A stretch of 64,000 bases of DNA. Source: Somniosus microcephalus (lineage: Eukaryota). The notes under the pieces were generated by a model. It had not been told where the DNA came from. It worked only from the letters and a program-made list of their open reading frames with translations, and did no database searches. The translations under genes were made by a program, and so were the position numbers. How positions within the stretch are numbered: position 1 is the first letter of the stretch; the number at the start of each line of letters is the position of its first letter. Positions 13,285 through 26,862 of this stretch are shown one piece after another. The stretch covers positions 96,534,001 to 96,598,000 of the forward strand of contig JBMRGM010000035.1 in assembly GCA_052327205.1 (NCBI GenBank), given 5' to 3'.

Positions 13285-16200
13285 CGAAAAAGCAGGCAAT
13301 AGCCTGTGGACATCCCCCTCTCAAACAGATATACCACTTGGAATACTGTTGAGGGGGATTGCTTATCAGGGGAATGCAGCAGCAGCCAACTTCCTGGCAC
13401 CAGGGGTGGGCGTGCTGCACAGGACGGGAGGAAAAAGAAAGGTAGAGCTATAGCAATAGGGGATTCTATTGTAAGGGGAATGTATAGGCATTTCGGCGGC
13501 CGCAGCGAGACTCCAGGATGGTGTGTTGCCTCGCTGGTGCAAGCATCAAGGATGTCTCAGAGTGGCTGTGGAACATTTTGGAAGGGGAGGGTGAACAGCT
13601 AGTAGTCGTGGTGCATATAGGTACCAACGATATAGGTAAAAAGCGGGATGAGCTCCTAAAAGCTGAATATAGGGAGGTAGGAGGTAAATTAAAAAATAGG
13701 ACTTCAAAGGTAGTAATCTCAGGATTGCTACCAGTGCCACGTGCTAGTCAGGGTAGAAATAGAAGGATATTTCAGATGAATACGTGGCTAGAGGAATGTT
13801 GCAACGGGGAGGGATTCAAATTCCTGTGACATTGGAACCAGTTCTGGGGGAGGTGGAACGGTACAAACCGGATGGTGTGCACCTGGGCGGGTCCAGGACC
13901 CATGTCCTAGGGGGGAGTGTTTGCTAGAGCGCTAGGGGAGGGTTGAAACTAAAATGGCAGGGGGTTGGGAACCTGAGCAGGGAGACAGAGGAAAGGGAAA
14001 CAAGGATAAAAGCAAAAGATAGGAAGGAGATAAACAAAAGTGGCAGTCAGAGAAATCAACGGTTCAAATCAATCATGGCCACAGTAAATAATAATTCTAA
14101 TCGGTCTAAGTGCTATAAAAAACAAGCCTGAAGGCTTTGTGTCTTAATGCGAGGAGCACTCGTAAAAAGGTGGCTGAATTAGCTGTGCAAATAGAGGTAA
14201 ACGAATATGATTTGATTGGGATTATGGAAACATGGCTCCAGGGTGGCCAATGTTGGGAACACAAATTCCAGGGATATTCAAAGCTCAGGAAAGACAGGCA
14301 AAAATGAAAAGGAGGTGGGGTAGCATTGTTGAATTATGAGGGGATTAAAACACTTGTAAGGAAGGATATTAGCTTTGATGATGTGGAATCTCTATGGGTG
14401 GTACTGAGAAATACCAAGGGGCAGAAAACTTTAGTGGGAGTGGTATATAGACCTCCAAACAGTAATGCAGAGGTTAGGGATGGCATTAGAAGGGAAATTA
14501 GAGAGTGTGCAATAAGGGCACGGCAGTTATCATGGGTGACTTTAATCTACATATAGATAGGGCTAACCAAATTAGTAACAATACTGTGGAGGAGGAATTC
14601 CTGGAGTGTATACGGGATGGTTTTCCAGACCAATATGTCGAGGAACCAACTAGAGCTCAGGCCATCTTAGAGTGGGTGTTAAGTAATGAGATAGGAATAA
14701 TTAGCAATCCAGAGCGATCATAATATGATAGAATTCTTGAATTAGATGGAGAGTGAAATAGTTGACTCAGAGACTTGGGTCCTGAATTTAAATAAAGGAA
14801 ACTACGATGGTATGAGGTGTGAGTTGGGTAGGATTGATTGGGGAATGTCAGTCAAAGGGTTGACATTGGATAGGCAATGGCAAACATTCAAAGACCACAT
14901 GGATGAACTACCGAATTTGTTCATCCCAGTTTGGCATACAAATAAATCAAAAAATGTGACTCAACCGTGGCTAACAAGGGAAATTAAGGATAGCATAAGA
15001 TCCAAGGAGAGGACAAATAAATTGGCCAGAAAATCAGTAAACCTGAGGATTGGGAGCAGTTTAGGATTCAACAAAGGAGGACAAAGGGATTACTTAAGAA
15101 GGGGAAAATAAAGAATGAGGGTAAGCTTGCAGGGAACATAAAAACTGACTGTATAAGCTTTTATAGATATGTGAAGAGAAAAATATTGGTGAAGTCAAGC
15201 GTAGGTCCCTTGCAGTCAGAATCAGGGGAATTTATAATGGGGAACAAAGAAATGGCAGACCAATTAAATACATATTTTGCTTCTGTCTTCACAAAGGAGG
15301 ACACAAATAACCTCCCAGAGGTGTCAGTGAACATAGGGTCTGATGAAATGGTGTTAGGTAAATTGACGGGATTGAAGGCCGATAAATCCCCAGGGCCTTA
15401 TAATCTACATCCTAGGGTAATTAAGGAAGTGGCCCTAGAAATAGTAGATGCATTGCTGATCATCCTCCAACATTCGATATATTCTGGAACAGTACCCAAG
15501 GATGTGAGGGTAGCTAATATTACCCCACTATTCAAAAAAGGTGGTTTAGAGAAAACGGTGAATCACAGACTGGTAAGCCTGACATCGGTAGTGGGAAAAG
15601 TGCTAGTGTCCATTATAAATGATGTAATAGCAGAGCACTTGGAAAACAGTGGCAGGATCGGACAAAGTCAACATGGATGTACAAAAGCTAAATCGTGCTT
15701 GACTAATCGACTGGAATTTTTTGAGGATGTTGCTGGTAAAATAGATAAGGGAGAACCAGTGAATGTGGTGTATTTGGATTTTCAAAAGGCTTTTGATAAG
15801 GTCCCGCATAAGAGAGTAGCATGTAAAGTTAAGGCACATGGGTTTGGGGGCATGGTATTGACTTGGAGATAGAACTGATTGGCAGACAGATAGCAAAGAG
15901 TTGGAATAAACGGCTCTTTTTCCGAGTGGCAGGCAGTGACTCGTGGGGCACCGCAGGGATCGGTCCTTGGACCCCAACTATTCACAATATATATTAATGA
16001 TCTAGACGAGGGAACAAGATGTATTATCTCCAAGTTTGCAGACAAAACAAAGCTGGGTGGGCGTGTGTGCTGTGAGGAGGATGCCGAGAAACTCCAGTAT
16101 GATTTGGACTGGTTGGGTGTTGGGCAGAAGCATGGCAGATGCAATATAACGTGGATAATTGCGAGGTTATCCACTTTGGTGTCAATAACAGGAAGGCAGA

Positions 16201-17255
16201 TTATTATCTGAAAGGCAATAGATTGGGAGAAGGGGAAGTGGAACGAGACCTGGTTGCCCTTGTGCACCAGCCGCTGAGTGTAAGCATGCAGGTGCAGCAG
16301 GCGGTTAAGATGGCAAATGGTATGTTGGCATTCGTAGCGAGAGAGTTTGAGTACAGAAACAAGGATGTCTTGCTGCAGTTGTACAGGGCCTTGGTGAGAC
16401 CACATCTTGAGTATTGTGTGCAGCTTTGGTCGCCTTATCTGAGGAAGGATGTTCTTGCCATGGAGGGAGTGCAGCGAAGGTTCACCAGGCTGATACCTTG
16501 GATGGCAGGAATGACGTATGAGGAGAGATTGGTCGATTGGGTTATACTCGTTGGAGTTTAGAAGAATGAGAGGGGATCTCATTGAAACGTATAAAATTCT
16601 GACAGGACTGGACAGACTAGATGCAGGAAGGATGTTCCCGATGGTTGGGGAGTTCAGAACCAGGGGTCACATTCTAAGGATAAGGGGTAAGCCATTTAGG
16701 ACAGAGATGAGGAGGAATTTCCACTGATGGGTGAGACTAGAAATAGGGGGCATAATCTTAGAATTAGGAGCTGCCCTTTCAAAACTGAGATGAGGAGGAA
16801 CTTCTTTACTCAGAGGGTAGTAAATCTATAGAATGTGCTACCCCAGAGAGCTGTTGAAGCTGCAACATTAAATAGATTTAAAACGGAGATAGACATTTTC
16901 CTAGCAGATAAGGTAATTAGGGGTAATGGGGAGAGGGCAGGGAAGTGGACGTGAGTCTAGGTTCGGATCAGCCATCATCATATTGAATGGCGGAGCAGGC
17001 CCGAGGGGCCGTATGGCCTACTCCTGCTCCTTCTTCTTATGTTCTTATGTTTATGTTCGTATGAATTTATGTGATCCTGTGGAATTCTCCACCACAGAAG
17101 GCATAGAGGTCAGTTCGTTAATATATTCAAGAAGGATTTGGATATATTTCTTAAGGCTAAAGGGATCAAGGGATATGGGGAGAAAGCAGGGACAGGGCAC
17201 TGAATTTGGATGATGAGCCATGATCTCATTGAATGGCGGAGCTGGCTCGAGGGGC
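13285..17255 (+). mobile_element. Near full-length CR1 LINE (ORF1 esterase + ORF2 APE/RT), inactivated
   Basis: ORF1 SGNH motifs IGDSIVRG, VVVHIGTNDIG, DGVHL; APE motifs VGVVYRPPN, IMGDFNL; RT motifs YLDFQKAFDKVPH, GAPQGSVLGP, KFADKTKLGG; many frameshifts and stops. Confidence 0.95.
16726..17062 (+). mobile_element. Second CR1 3' end nested in the 3' end of the first
   Basis: EMRRNF segment and CR1 3' UTR occur twice; (TTCTTATG)n tail at ~17030-17060; host element resumes ~17075. Confidence 0.7.
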
Positions 17256-18230
17256 CGAATGGCCGCTCCTGCTCCTATCTTCTATGTTTCTATGTTGAAT
17301 TGCCTGCCCGATTCACACTGCTCCATTTACTTCAATGAAAATGAAATCGGTGGGTGGATGCAGTTTCAGCCTCAAAATTATCATTCATTCAACTATCCGT
17401 TTATTGTTGAATAAAAAATCCATTTAAGTTAATGTTTACCTCTTAAAATGACAAGAGCATCCGTTTGATATGGCAGCCAGCTTAGCCTGAATAAGAACAC
17501 ATATGTTTCGGAATTTGTGGTCAACAGCGAAGCAAAGGTGTTTGCTACAGGCCCAGAATAAAGTTTCACACCAAGTTCTCGTGATCTCTGTGTTGAGAAT
17601 TATAGTGAGGCCTGCCCTAGTGCGCGCTGCTGTGACGTCAACAGGCTGTCCAAGCATCCAATCAACATTCATAATTCTCAAAGGCAGCGAACAAGGAAGT
17701 TGGCAAGCTCTTACAATTATAACTTATTAAAATGTTAGAGAGCAAAAAAAAAGATTGGGGCTATCCCATGGGGAAAAGGTAAAAATTGATATAAAAATGA
17801 ACGAACTTTAAAAATGTATATATTTATATCAATTTTCTTAAAAAGTTTAATTTTTATTTATTTGATAAATTGACGCTGCACATAATTAAATGGTTTCCTC
17901 AGGCCAATAACCTTTGTTTAGCAATCAAAATACTGTTAAACCCCTGTTGCAACTAATCCCTTAGGGCCTACCTTTCAGTGGGGAATTTAACAGCTTAATT
18001 ACTGCAGAAGTCCAAAGTTTTCTGATTTGAGAGATTACACTGATTGCCAGCTCTGTGGGTTGGGGGCTGGGGTGGTGGTGGTAGGCATACCGCAGCATGT
18101 GGCGGAGGAGTGAAAGACAAACCACAACTTCAGGATGGACCAAATCTCGAATTTCCGGTCAGTTTCAAAGGTGGAATGATGACGAACGCTACCATTTCAC
18201 CATCATCAGGTCCACAAATTCCCGGCAACT

Positions 18231-18611
18231 GTTATGAAACTGATTCCTTTTAGATATTTAACGTAAACAATGTAATGAAACTGATTCTCATAGTGTAATT
18301 TAATATAAATATTGTAATGAATCTGATTCCTTGTAATTATTTAATGTAAACATTGTAAGGAATCAGATTCCCATATATTTATTTAAATGAAACAGTGCAA
18401 TGAAACTGGTTCCTTACAGTAATTTCATTAAACACTGAAATGAACTGTATTCCCTATGTTAATTTAACGATATGAATATCAGTTTCATTATAATATGTAA
18501 ATTTACGAACTATATGGAAATCAATCTAATTACAATATTTACTTTACCTAATATATGATAATCAGTTTTATTACAATGCTTAAGTTGAATAACTACATGG
18601 GAATCATATTC
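18231..18611. repeat. AT-rich ~41-bp minisatellite that switches orientation (foldback)
   Basis: Unit like TGTAATGAAACTGATTCC..T..ATTTAA.GTAAACA repeated ~6 times to ~18470, then ~3 reverse-complement units (ATCAGTTTCATTA...). Confidence 0.6.
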
Positions 18612-21499
18612 CTGGCGGGTGTCCGCACCATTCCCGATATCCCCAAAGTCTTCTCACACTATGGAAGCCAACAATTTCCCTCCCATGCTCAGGAATATCA
18701 GGGATTCTCTCTATAGCTCACTCACTCTCTTTTACACAAAAACTCGCTGCCTAAAATTTACTCAATATAACCTTCAGCTTAAAGCTTTTGGAATGTTTCC
18801 TCTCGCTATTCTTCATATCATTTTCAAAAAAGCTCAGCTGAGCAGAAACTGCTAGAGCTGCAGAAATATATTCCATCCATTTACGGAGCGGTATTGATGC
18901 ACGTTGTGAAATTGTGTTCATTGCGCTTGTGCAGACCACACAATCTGCATTCAGTAACAGAATCAAAGTTCCCGGCAGAAATATCAACTTCAAGCCTACG
19001 CTTTTGAGAGGTCTTCAAATGAAAACTTTAATGAAGGCATTTAAAGACAAAATGGAAACATATATATAGATGTGTTTTTGTAAATTCCATTTTATTTTAA
19101 GTTTGCATAAAATCTAATTTTGGGATTTAGCAATTTCAGTTACTGAGGGGAAAATTGCAGCTAAACATTTTTTCAGGAAGCATTTTGAGTGGTTTGCGGG
19201 GAATAAGATAACCAGCACACAGTGGTGCTTTAACACTAAACTGTGCCAGGCCACTGTTTAGATTAAGATGGGAAGTCCTACTAAAGTGTCACATAACTCA
19301 CATAAGCATTTTAACATAAAATATACACACTAGCTTTTGGCTAAAAGCCTGAAAAGCTGCCCCCACAGTTTGGGACTAAACAATAGGCATTGCAACGTGT
19401 TATGGAAGATTTGATTCCATTTTTTGGACAAGCTGAGATCGGCCTTGTATTCCATGGAAGAGGAAAACAAAGGTAAAAGTGAATTAAAATGGCAGCAGGA
19501 GGGGACGATTAGAGAACTGAATGTGAATATTACTGCTGTTCCATTTAAACACAGCCAGCTTTTAACAACCCGCTACTGAAATGATCTCTCTCACCATCTT
19601 AGCAACTCACAGGATCCCTGGAGCAAGACATGTCCGCACAATTTGCCAAAATACATCGATATCTTGAAGTCAAAGAGAAACATTTAATCGAAGAGCTGAG
19701 GAGACAAAAGGAGGAAGATCTGCGACCAATGGAGAAGAACTTGGAAAGAATTGAAGAGGAACTGACGTCACTTGAGGGGAACAGACTGAACCTTTGTGTA
19801 GACATCGAGCAGCAAGACAGTATCTCTTTTCTCAAGGTGACCCTTTATAAGCCAATCCCCAAGCGGTTGGTGTAAGTGTAAACAACAATTTATAATAGGG
19901 CTCAAGCCCCATCACAACAATGGACAATGTGCGGTATAACTGAGTACAAACAGGTATCTGTCAGGATTGAGCTCTGAGTGTCGAGGAGACTGTCCCTCAC
20001 TGTCTATAACTCACACTCGCAGCAGCATATCTGGAACCAGAGTGAAGGCAGCTTATTACAGCTCTTGCTGTTCCCCTTTATGTTTTCAATGTTACTAAAG
20101 AAATGAGAGGGAAGTCCAATCTTCGCTGAGACTAAGCACTTCACTAACACTGAGAACTCGAACAATATCTTTAAAAATAGGTGCACAATCCTTGGCTTCC
20201 CGTGTTTGACTGTGGTGTGCAGTCAGCAGTATAACTCAGAGCTGTTTTTACAGATGTTACCAGGGTTGACTATCACTACTGAGGCACATCGTTAGGAGAG
20301 CCTGCATGAGGGAAAGTTATTGATCTTGTCCTGTCACTCTAACCCTAACACTGTTGTTGCACGCCAAACAGTGCATACCAGCATATAGTAATGCATGATC
20401 AATCGATTCACCATATGAATAGCTCCTATAGGTTACAGAACATTCTTTGTTCACGTTAAAATTATTCAGCTGTCAGTTTTCTCCCCTTCTCTCCTGTCCA
20501 CAAATTAGTGTCAGGATGGTGCACAGCTATCCCTGGGAGCAATAACTTGTTGTGGTGCGGTCCGGCACGTGCAACAATTGCTCTGCTGAAAAACAGAGCA
20601 ACATGAAACTATTTGACTGTCTGGGCATCACAATAAGCCTAATCCTCCTGTCGTCTGACGAATACACATGTGCCTGTTTCCCCAGAGCTGCCTGGAAATG
20701 TCCAGGAGCTGGTATATAGGCTGTTGTCTCCCTACCGAAGGAATGCTGATGTTAGGTGTAACACAACTGTCCCCAGCTCAGGGCCGCACAGACCAGCGAC
20801 AAGCTCTGTGTTACTGGGAAAATGCAGACCAGAAATAAGTGGAACTGATCAGTGAACCTTCAAAGTCTTCAGCTGCAGAGGAAGGCCATGTCGAGTTAAT
20901 TCCGGGGATAACAGATGTGGTATCGCATCACTGGAGCCAGTCAGTGAAAACTGCACCCAGATCCCTCTAAATTTTACTTAAACCACTGATTAAACATCAT
21001 TATAAACTACAATCTAAACATTTTTGTATATCTATTGAAATGTTTCTGATTATCTGTCCTGAAAGAACTGAAAAGATTGAGACATGTGTGAGCAAGGTGA
21101 TAGTGCAGAGAGAACAGAAGATGAAGAGATCCTGGTGTCTGTAAATCTGAAATACACAGTGTTTCCAGGCCCGTTACTCTACGCAGTGTGGAAGGAATTG
21201 AAACACATCATCTCTCCAGGCAAGGCACTCCACAGCCTTGTGTCCACTTTCTGTAGTGTCCTGTTCTCTTCCCCCTCTCCTGAAGGTGTTGTCTGTTGCT
21301 GGTACAGAACACTGGGACAGCAGCTGTGGGCTCTCACTCAAGTGTCCTCAGATTGAGCGAATCAAGCAGGAGTGCATCAAAACATCTTATTTGATATCCA
21401 GACATTCGCACTTTATTGGTTCGTGATGGGCCTGCGACCCCTGGCTGAATGTGTTCCCCTCTGGACCAGGACTCACTGGACAGTGATCAGACTGGGACC

Positions 21500-21640
21500 C
21501 TGAAATATCTGTTCACCATATACTGGAGTCCAGGAATATGTCTAACTGTATACTCTACCCAGTCTGTAATATTTGTTCACCATATACTGGAGTCCAGGAT
21601 TATTTCTAATTGTACACTGTACCCAGTCTGCACTATTTGC
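21500..21640. repeat. ~59-bp tandem repeat, about 2.3 copies
   Basis: TGTTCACCATATACTGGAGTCCAGGA...TACCCAGTCTG occurs twice. Confidence 0.7.
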
Positions 21641-22261
21641 TAATACGGAAATTATGGGCTTTTGCTGAGTCCAGTTCTACAGACATCAGATATTAACCTG
21701 TGTCCGTCCACCTTCCTTTGTCTAAAATTTTTAACATGATGCCATTTTATTTCCCACCGTCCCAGCCTCAGTGACCCTGGAAGCAAACACAGCGCATCAT
21801 TAGCATATCGGGCCAGAAATTCCAGAACGGGGCTTGCAGCGCGTGCAAGCCCCGTATTTGCACTTACCCCGCGCTCCTGCCGATCAGCTTCTGGGACGCC
21901 TGAACTTGGAGAAATAGAAAGCACATTCCCGGGCAGCGTATGACGTCACGCCGCCCAGGAGTGCAGCCAGCGCGGACCCAGGAGCGTGCAGTGTAAGTGA
22001 GACACGCCCCTTGAGGTCTCAGTTTCACTGGACACGCCCCCAATGTTTCTGTCAAGCTGCTTTGCTTTTTTACATGCAAAGCAGCAGTTTAAATAGGTTT
22101 TTGGAAGTTTTTTGAAGATTTTGGTAACTTTTATAAACTTTTTAAAATGTTTACATTATTTTGAGTAATCTGAAGTAGTTTTAAAGAGAATTAAAGCAAT
22201 TTAAAGACTTTTAAAAGCCCTAAAATAATTTTTTTAATTCCATTTTTTTATTTATCAATGT

Positions 22262-23037
22262 CGTCATCATACGTGTCTTCACACTGTTCCCTTTGGGGAA
22301 CTGTATGAAGTGGTGGAAGGATTTATGGCCGTGATTAACGCTCATTCCGTGACCGTAACCATCTTTGAACCAGCCATTAGGGCGGTTAGTCCTATGGCGG
22401 GAGGGTTTTACGGGCTCCCACAAGCTATACAAGGAGGGGGGGGGGCCACCCACACCCACGGACGCAAATATCCCACTGGATGTCAACCCAGAATTTAGAG
22501 CCGGAGCTCCGACTCCACTTGCCGGGACTGTCTGGAGCGGGGTTCAGAAACCCTACCCTGATCTGGCCCAGCGGCGGGGATCCTACCGCTATGACAAACG
22601 CCCAATCCGATTAGCAACGTGAAATGGCAGCATAGGGCTCCAGTCACGGGGAGGGAAAAGGCGCAGGAAACGTATGGGTGTCACCTTTTGTGCGGAGTGG
22701 GCCTTTTGCGTAGCAGTAAGCATCCCCGCCGCTGGGCCAGAAGGAGTAGGGTTTTGAACCCCACTCCAGACAGTCCCGGCAAGTGGAGTCGGAGCTCCAA
22801 CTTTAAATTCTGGGTGGACATCCAGCGGGATACTTGCGTCCGTGGGTGTTGGTGGCCCCCCCCTCAGATGGGTTGTGGGAGCCCGTAAAACCCTCCCGCC
22901 ATAGGGCTAACCACCCTAATGGCTGGTTCAAAGATGGTTACGGTCACGGAATGAGCGTTAATCACGGCCATAAATCCTTCCACCACTTCATACAGTTCCC
23001 CAAAGGGAACAGTGTGAGGATACGTCCGATGATGACC
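22262..23037. repeat. Long inverted repeat (arms ~330 bp, spacer ~110-130 bp)
   Basis: 22268-22590 is a near-perfect reverse complement of 22715-23025; the same peptide GWFKDGYGHGMSVNHGHKSFHHFIQFPKGNSV appears in the ORF track on both strands. Confidence 0.92.
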
Positions 23038-23440
23038 TCTTGCGCAATGGACCTCCTTGGACCCTCAGTCGCAGATGCGAGGGGGCAAGTCGTGCAAGTG
23101 TTAAATTTTTTATTTATTGACATGTAAAATGTTGGCCCAATAATTCCCTTCCAAATGCGCTAGTACGGTCGGGGTACTTACGCATCTGGCCGGATGAAAT
23201 GCCGGTTTTCAGCATGCACAGTGCATGTGGGGAAAACCGGCATTTCCTGTCCTCTGAACGAAGGGGTTCAGAGGCAGAACGCGTGCGACTGCACATGCAG
23301 CGCGTGCGCAGTATAATTCGCTGCTTTCATTAATGCTTTCAGTGAGGTCCAGTCATTACAACTTACACATGAAAAAAGCATGGGTACAGTTGCTAAAGAG
23401 GCTGCGGAGGAAGATATTTCTTATCGTGGAGCTTCTGAAA

Positions 23441-23632
23441 GTATGTATGTCTGTATATATTCCTTTGCGTGTTATGTATATATTCCTTTACTTATGTGTA
23501 TGAATGTATTATTTAATTATGACTTTCAGAGAAAGTAACTTATTGGAAAATCATAATTAAAAACATACATTCATAGTAAAGGAATATAAAACATACATAC
23601 ATATACGTAAAGGAATATATGTGGACATACAT
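23441..23632. repeat. AT-rich hairpin
   Basis: GTATGTATGTC..TATATTCCTTT..TTTAATTATGA pairs with TCATAATTAAA..AAAGGAATATA..GACATACATAC. Confidence 0.75.
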
Positions 23633-26249
23633 ACATAACTCATTCTCACATTCCATTCACACAGCCACAATTGCTCCTTCTACCTACCGTTCTGAAAACC
23701 CTTAAAAAAAAATAAAAAAAAATTTTAACTTTAAAACTTACTTAAAATTTCTTAAAATAACTTCCCTCCCTTTCCCAAACAAAAATATTGCATTTCAAAA
23801 GCTCCACGATAAAATATATCTTCCTCCGCAGCCAATGAACCACTTTACACTTGCTTTTTTTCAGTGTAACTTCTAAGGACTTAACCTCACGGATTTCATG
23901 AATGAAATCCACGAAGTTCACTGCGCAAGCGCTGCCTGTGCAGTCGCACGCGCTCGAGGTCTGGAAATGCCGGCGTTCCCCGCATGCGCTGTTCATGCTG
24001 AACGCCGGCATTTCCAACGGCCAGAAGCGTGAGTAAGCCGACCGTACTCACGCTACTGGCCTGGAATTTCTGGCCCGTGAGAATCGTAACACTGAATTAT
24101 AGCTTCCAGATAATCCTGAGGGATTCAATGCTGTTGCCTGTGTCCTGGAGTCACAGGGATTCACATCAGGGAAACACTACTGGGCGGTGGAGTTCAGGGA
24201 CAAGACTGGGTGCACTTTGGGTGTGGCAGAGATTCATCCAATAAGTTCGGAGAGTTAACCCCGGCCTAAAAATGGATACTGGATTGTGCACCCGTTAAAT
24301 GGGAATGAATATAGAGCTGTTGAAAGCCCAATAATAAACCACAAATCACGAGTGTGAATCCCAGGACTATCTGAGTTTACCTAGACTATGAGGGATGACA
24401 GGTGACCTTTCACAATGCTGATGATAGGTACAATATCTAAACATTTCACTGACACATCACGGAGAAACTCTTTCCTTTTATGTATCCTGGATTGCCCGAT
24501 GAGCGTAAAAATGCTGCTCCTCTTAAACTGCAGCACTTCGAACCGTAAATTCCTAAACTGACGTGTCTGATTACGGAGAGAATGTGTCCACTGCTGGGCG
24601 AATATTGCACATCTCACACAGTTACTTCGAGACACAGCAGCAGACAACACTGGGAAAGGGCCTTGGAAACAAATGGTGGGGTCGAGAATGTTGGGCCGTT
24701 GAATTGTAAGTGTTACTTGCGCTGAGCTGTTGGGCTGTGATCACGGGCTAAGACCTGTGTTACTGAGCAGGGTGATCAGGTTCCAACGTGAGCTCCTGGC
24801 CGCTCCCACCAGCTGTCCAATCTGGAACTCTTCACTCCTGGTCATCCCACCGTGAGAGGCCCTGTTGCTCTTTGTGAATCCAGGGTCCGTGTTCCAAATT
24901 CCAAAACTGCCGTTCCCCCTCAGGAAACAGAAGTAACGGGATCCCGGAGTCACGTGCACTGTTCTCACGCACGCAGAGGCTAGCAGTAGTTAAAAGACGT
25001 AAAATATGCAATAGTTTTATATAAATGGGCAAAATTGGTTCTGGAGGGGCTGAAGCAACAAGGGGTCGCTGAGTTACACCTCGTGATTTTAATAAGAGAA
25101 GATAAGCTCACGTTAGAAACGTGCACAACCTGGCTCCAGACCATGTGCTACAACACAACCAGGGGGCAGCGAGATATTTTGAGGGCCTCCGAAAGTCTGA
25201 GCCAAGCATGGGTAGATGTAAAACTTTTATTAAGATGTTATTCTGGGATAGGCCTTTGTTTTCAGATAAGTGAACCCATTTTGGGAGTTTTTATTGTTGC
25301 TAATACAATTCAAAATCCTGCATCAATTGTTGATATTGATTAATTCTAATACGGTATTTTTCTGCTATTTATTAAATCGCTCTACTGTTTATAAAGCCAA
25401 GGGATATGCCTGAATGTTCTTATTAGCTAAAAGAGTCACTATGTAAATTTATGGTGTTTCTGCTGGTTTTCTCAGTGTAATCCGAGTGAAATTAGCGGAA
25501 CCAGTAAAAAAGCTTATGAAAACTCAAGTGTGAGTTACGTCATGCAAAAACAGACTTTCCGCAATCATTTACACTGGTTTAAAAGTCATTTTGCCCAAAG
25601 CTGGCCCCGCCCACAAAGCTGTCCACTCCCACAGATGGAAATAATGAGGCGGCGAGTTTCCTTTCCAGGAGGGTCTTCTAATTGAGCTTTTCTCAGGTGC
25701 ACAGGCACCAGTTGGCAAGTTTTCGAATTTCTACATGTAAAACAAGTAGTTAATATACTAAGAAACTGACTAGTGTACACCAATAAAACTACTCAATGGT
25801 TCAGCCACGCTTTTTAAGTCATTTTCAGTGCATTAAAATTCAGAAGTGAGGGTGACTCAACAAAAGCTCAAACTCAGTTCCCTTCTCCAACATTCATTTA
25901 TATTTCCTCCTGTGCCTTTGGCTCAGGGGAGAGAGGCACTTCCTAGTTTGGAACACAGCACCCAAGTGGCCCAAATTCGTAGCACTCTCACTCTAGAGGG
26001 CCATCTTGACCCAGTCGGTGGCACTTTTGCTGTTGAAGCAGACGTTGGGTGCCCAACATTCCTGGGCTGGTGCTTATCTCAAGCGGATTATCAGTCCGGG
26101 AGGGGACTGGAATTGGGAGTGGTCCCTGGATCCATCCTAAATTCTGTCACAGGTTCGAGAAAGGTGCTATATAAATGCAAGTTATTTCCTTCATCTGAAA
26201 ATCTGCATTACTGGACAATGCCTGCAAACAGTTAGCGAAGCCCATGCGT

Positions 26250-26862
26250 GAAATCCTGGAAATTGTGATCTGACAAGTTTCAGTTTGACACATCATACAA
26301 ATCTGAAGGAAAGGGAGATTCGTTGGCGCAGAGACTATTTGTCCAACTACTGCCCAGTGAATGCCGACGAAACTCTTATGCCCCGTAAAAGCAAGCGTAA
26401 GGTTTTCTTTTACCAGCATAAGTGTTGAAATAAATATTAAAATACATTTTTACAGTAATTTAAACATTCTAAAAGCTTTAACATTATTGTAAATTATTTT
26501 GGCCCCTTTAAAAATGTTTACATTTATTTTTCTAAAATTTGATTGTTTGTCTTAAATGTTTAATTGCAATTCAATTAATTTTAAACGTGATGATGTATTT
26601 TTATTTGGGTAGTGTGAAAATGTAATTTTTATCTGATTCCTATAATGCTTATTCAGATTTTGATTGGTTGGGCAAAAACACGTGACACCAGGCATGCTTG
26701 CGAACCGCATGCACCCCTGGGTTATGTGGGCCTTCATCCGTCGGACCCCTGAAGGCCCAGAAGCGCAAGTCTATGTAGGTCCAGGGCACTCAGGTAAGTA
26801 TAGATTTTATTTGCGTTTCAGAGGCATTCGCCCGTGGGAAGCCTCCAACTTAATTTCAGGTC
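26250..26862. mobile_element. Harbinger-related MITE (degenerate)
   Basis: Ends CCTGGAAATT..AATTTCAGG; subterminal GGGAAGCCTCC shared with the Harbinger end at ~46090; AT-rich core like the other MITEs. Confidence 0.5.

Larger units (their letters stand above)
21809..24077. mobile_element. Non-autonomous Harbinger-derived composite element inserted in the TRIM PRY exon
   Basis: 17-bp TIR CGGGCCAGAAATTCCAG / CTGGAATTTCTGGCCCG; left and right ends resemble those of the Harbinger at 46074-56660; interrupts PRY coding sequence. Confidence 0.8.
19603..24548 (+). pseudogene. TRIM-family (coiled-coil + B30.2 PRY/SPRY) pseudogene lacking RING/B-box exons
   Basis: 234-bp phase-0 exon 19603-19836 (AG/GT; QFAKIHRYLEVKEKHLIEEL); linker exon ~21065-21219 (FPGPLLYAVWKELKHIISP, frameshift, GC donor); last exon from 21760 VPASVTLEANTAH, then after the insertion LPDNPEGFNAVACVLESQGFTSGKHYWAVEF, ending TAA at 24548; stops and a decayed acceptor. 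Confidence 0.85.

Noticed and set aside
15603-16582. Long minus-strand ORFs (266 aa, 124 aa) as novel genes
   Set aside because: Antisense shadows of CR1 ORF2; the same applies to 36322-36720 and 60228-60665
20340-20350. TAACCCTAAC as interstitial telomere
   Set aside because: Fewer than two full units; expected by chance
18231-21640. Short repeat arrays as CRISPR-like loci
   Set aside because: No unique spacers, no cas genes, eukaryotic context
22220-23127. Duplicated His-rich peptide ORFs on opposite strands
   Set aside because: A by-product of the inverted repeat; no independent coding evidence
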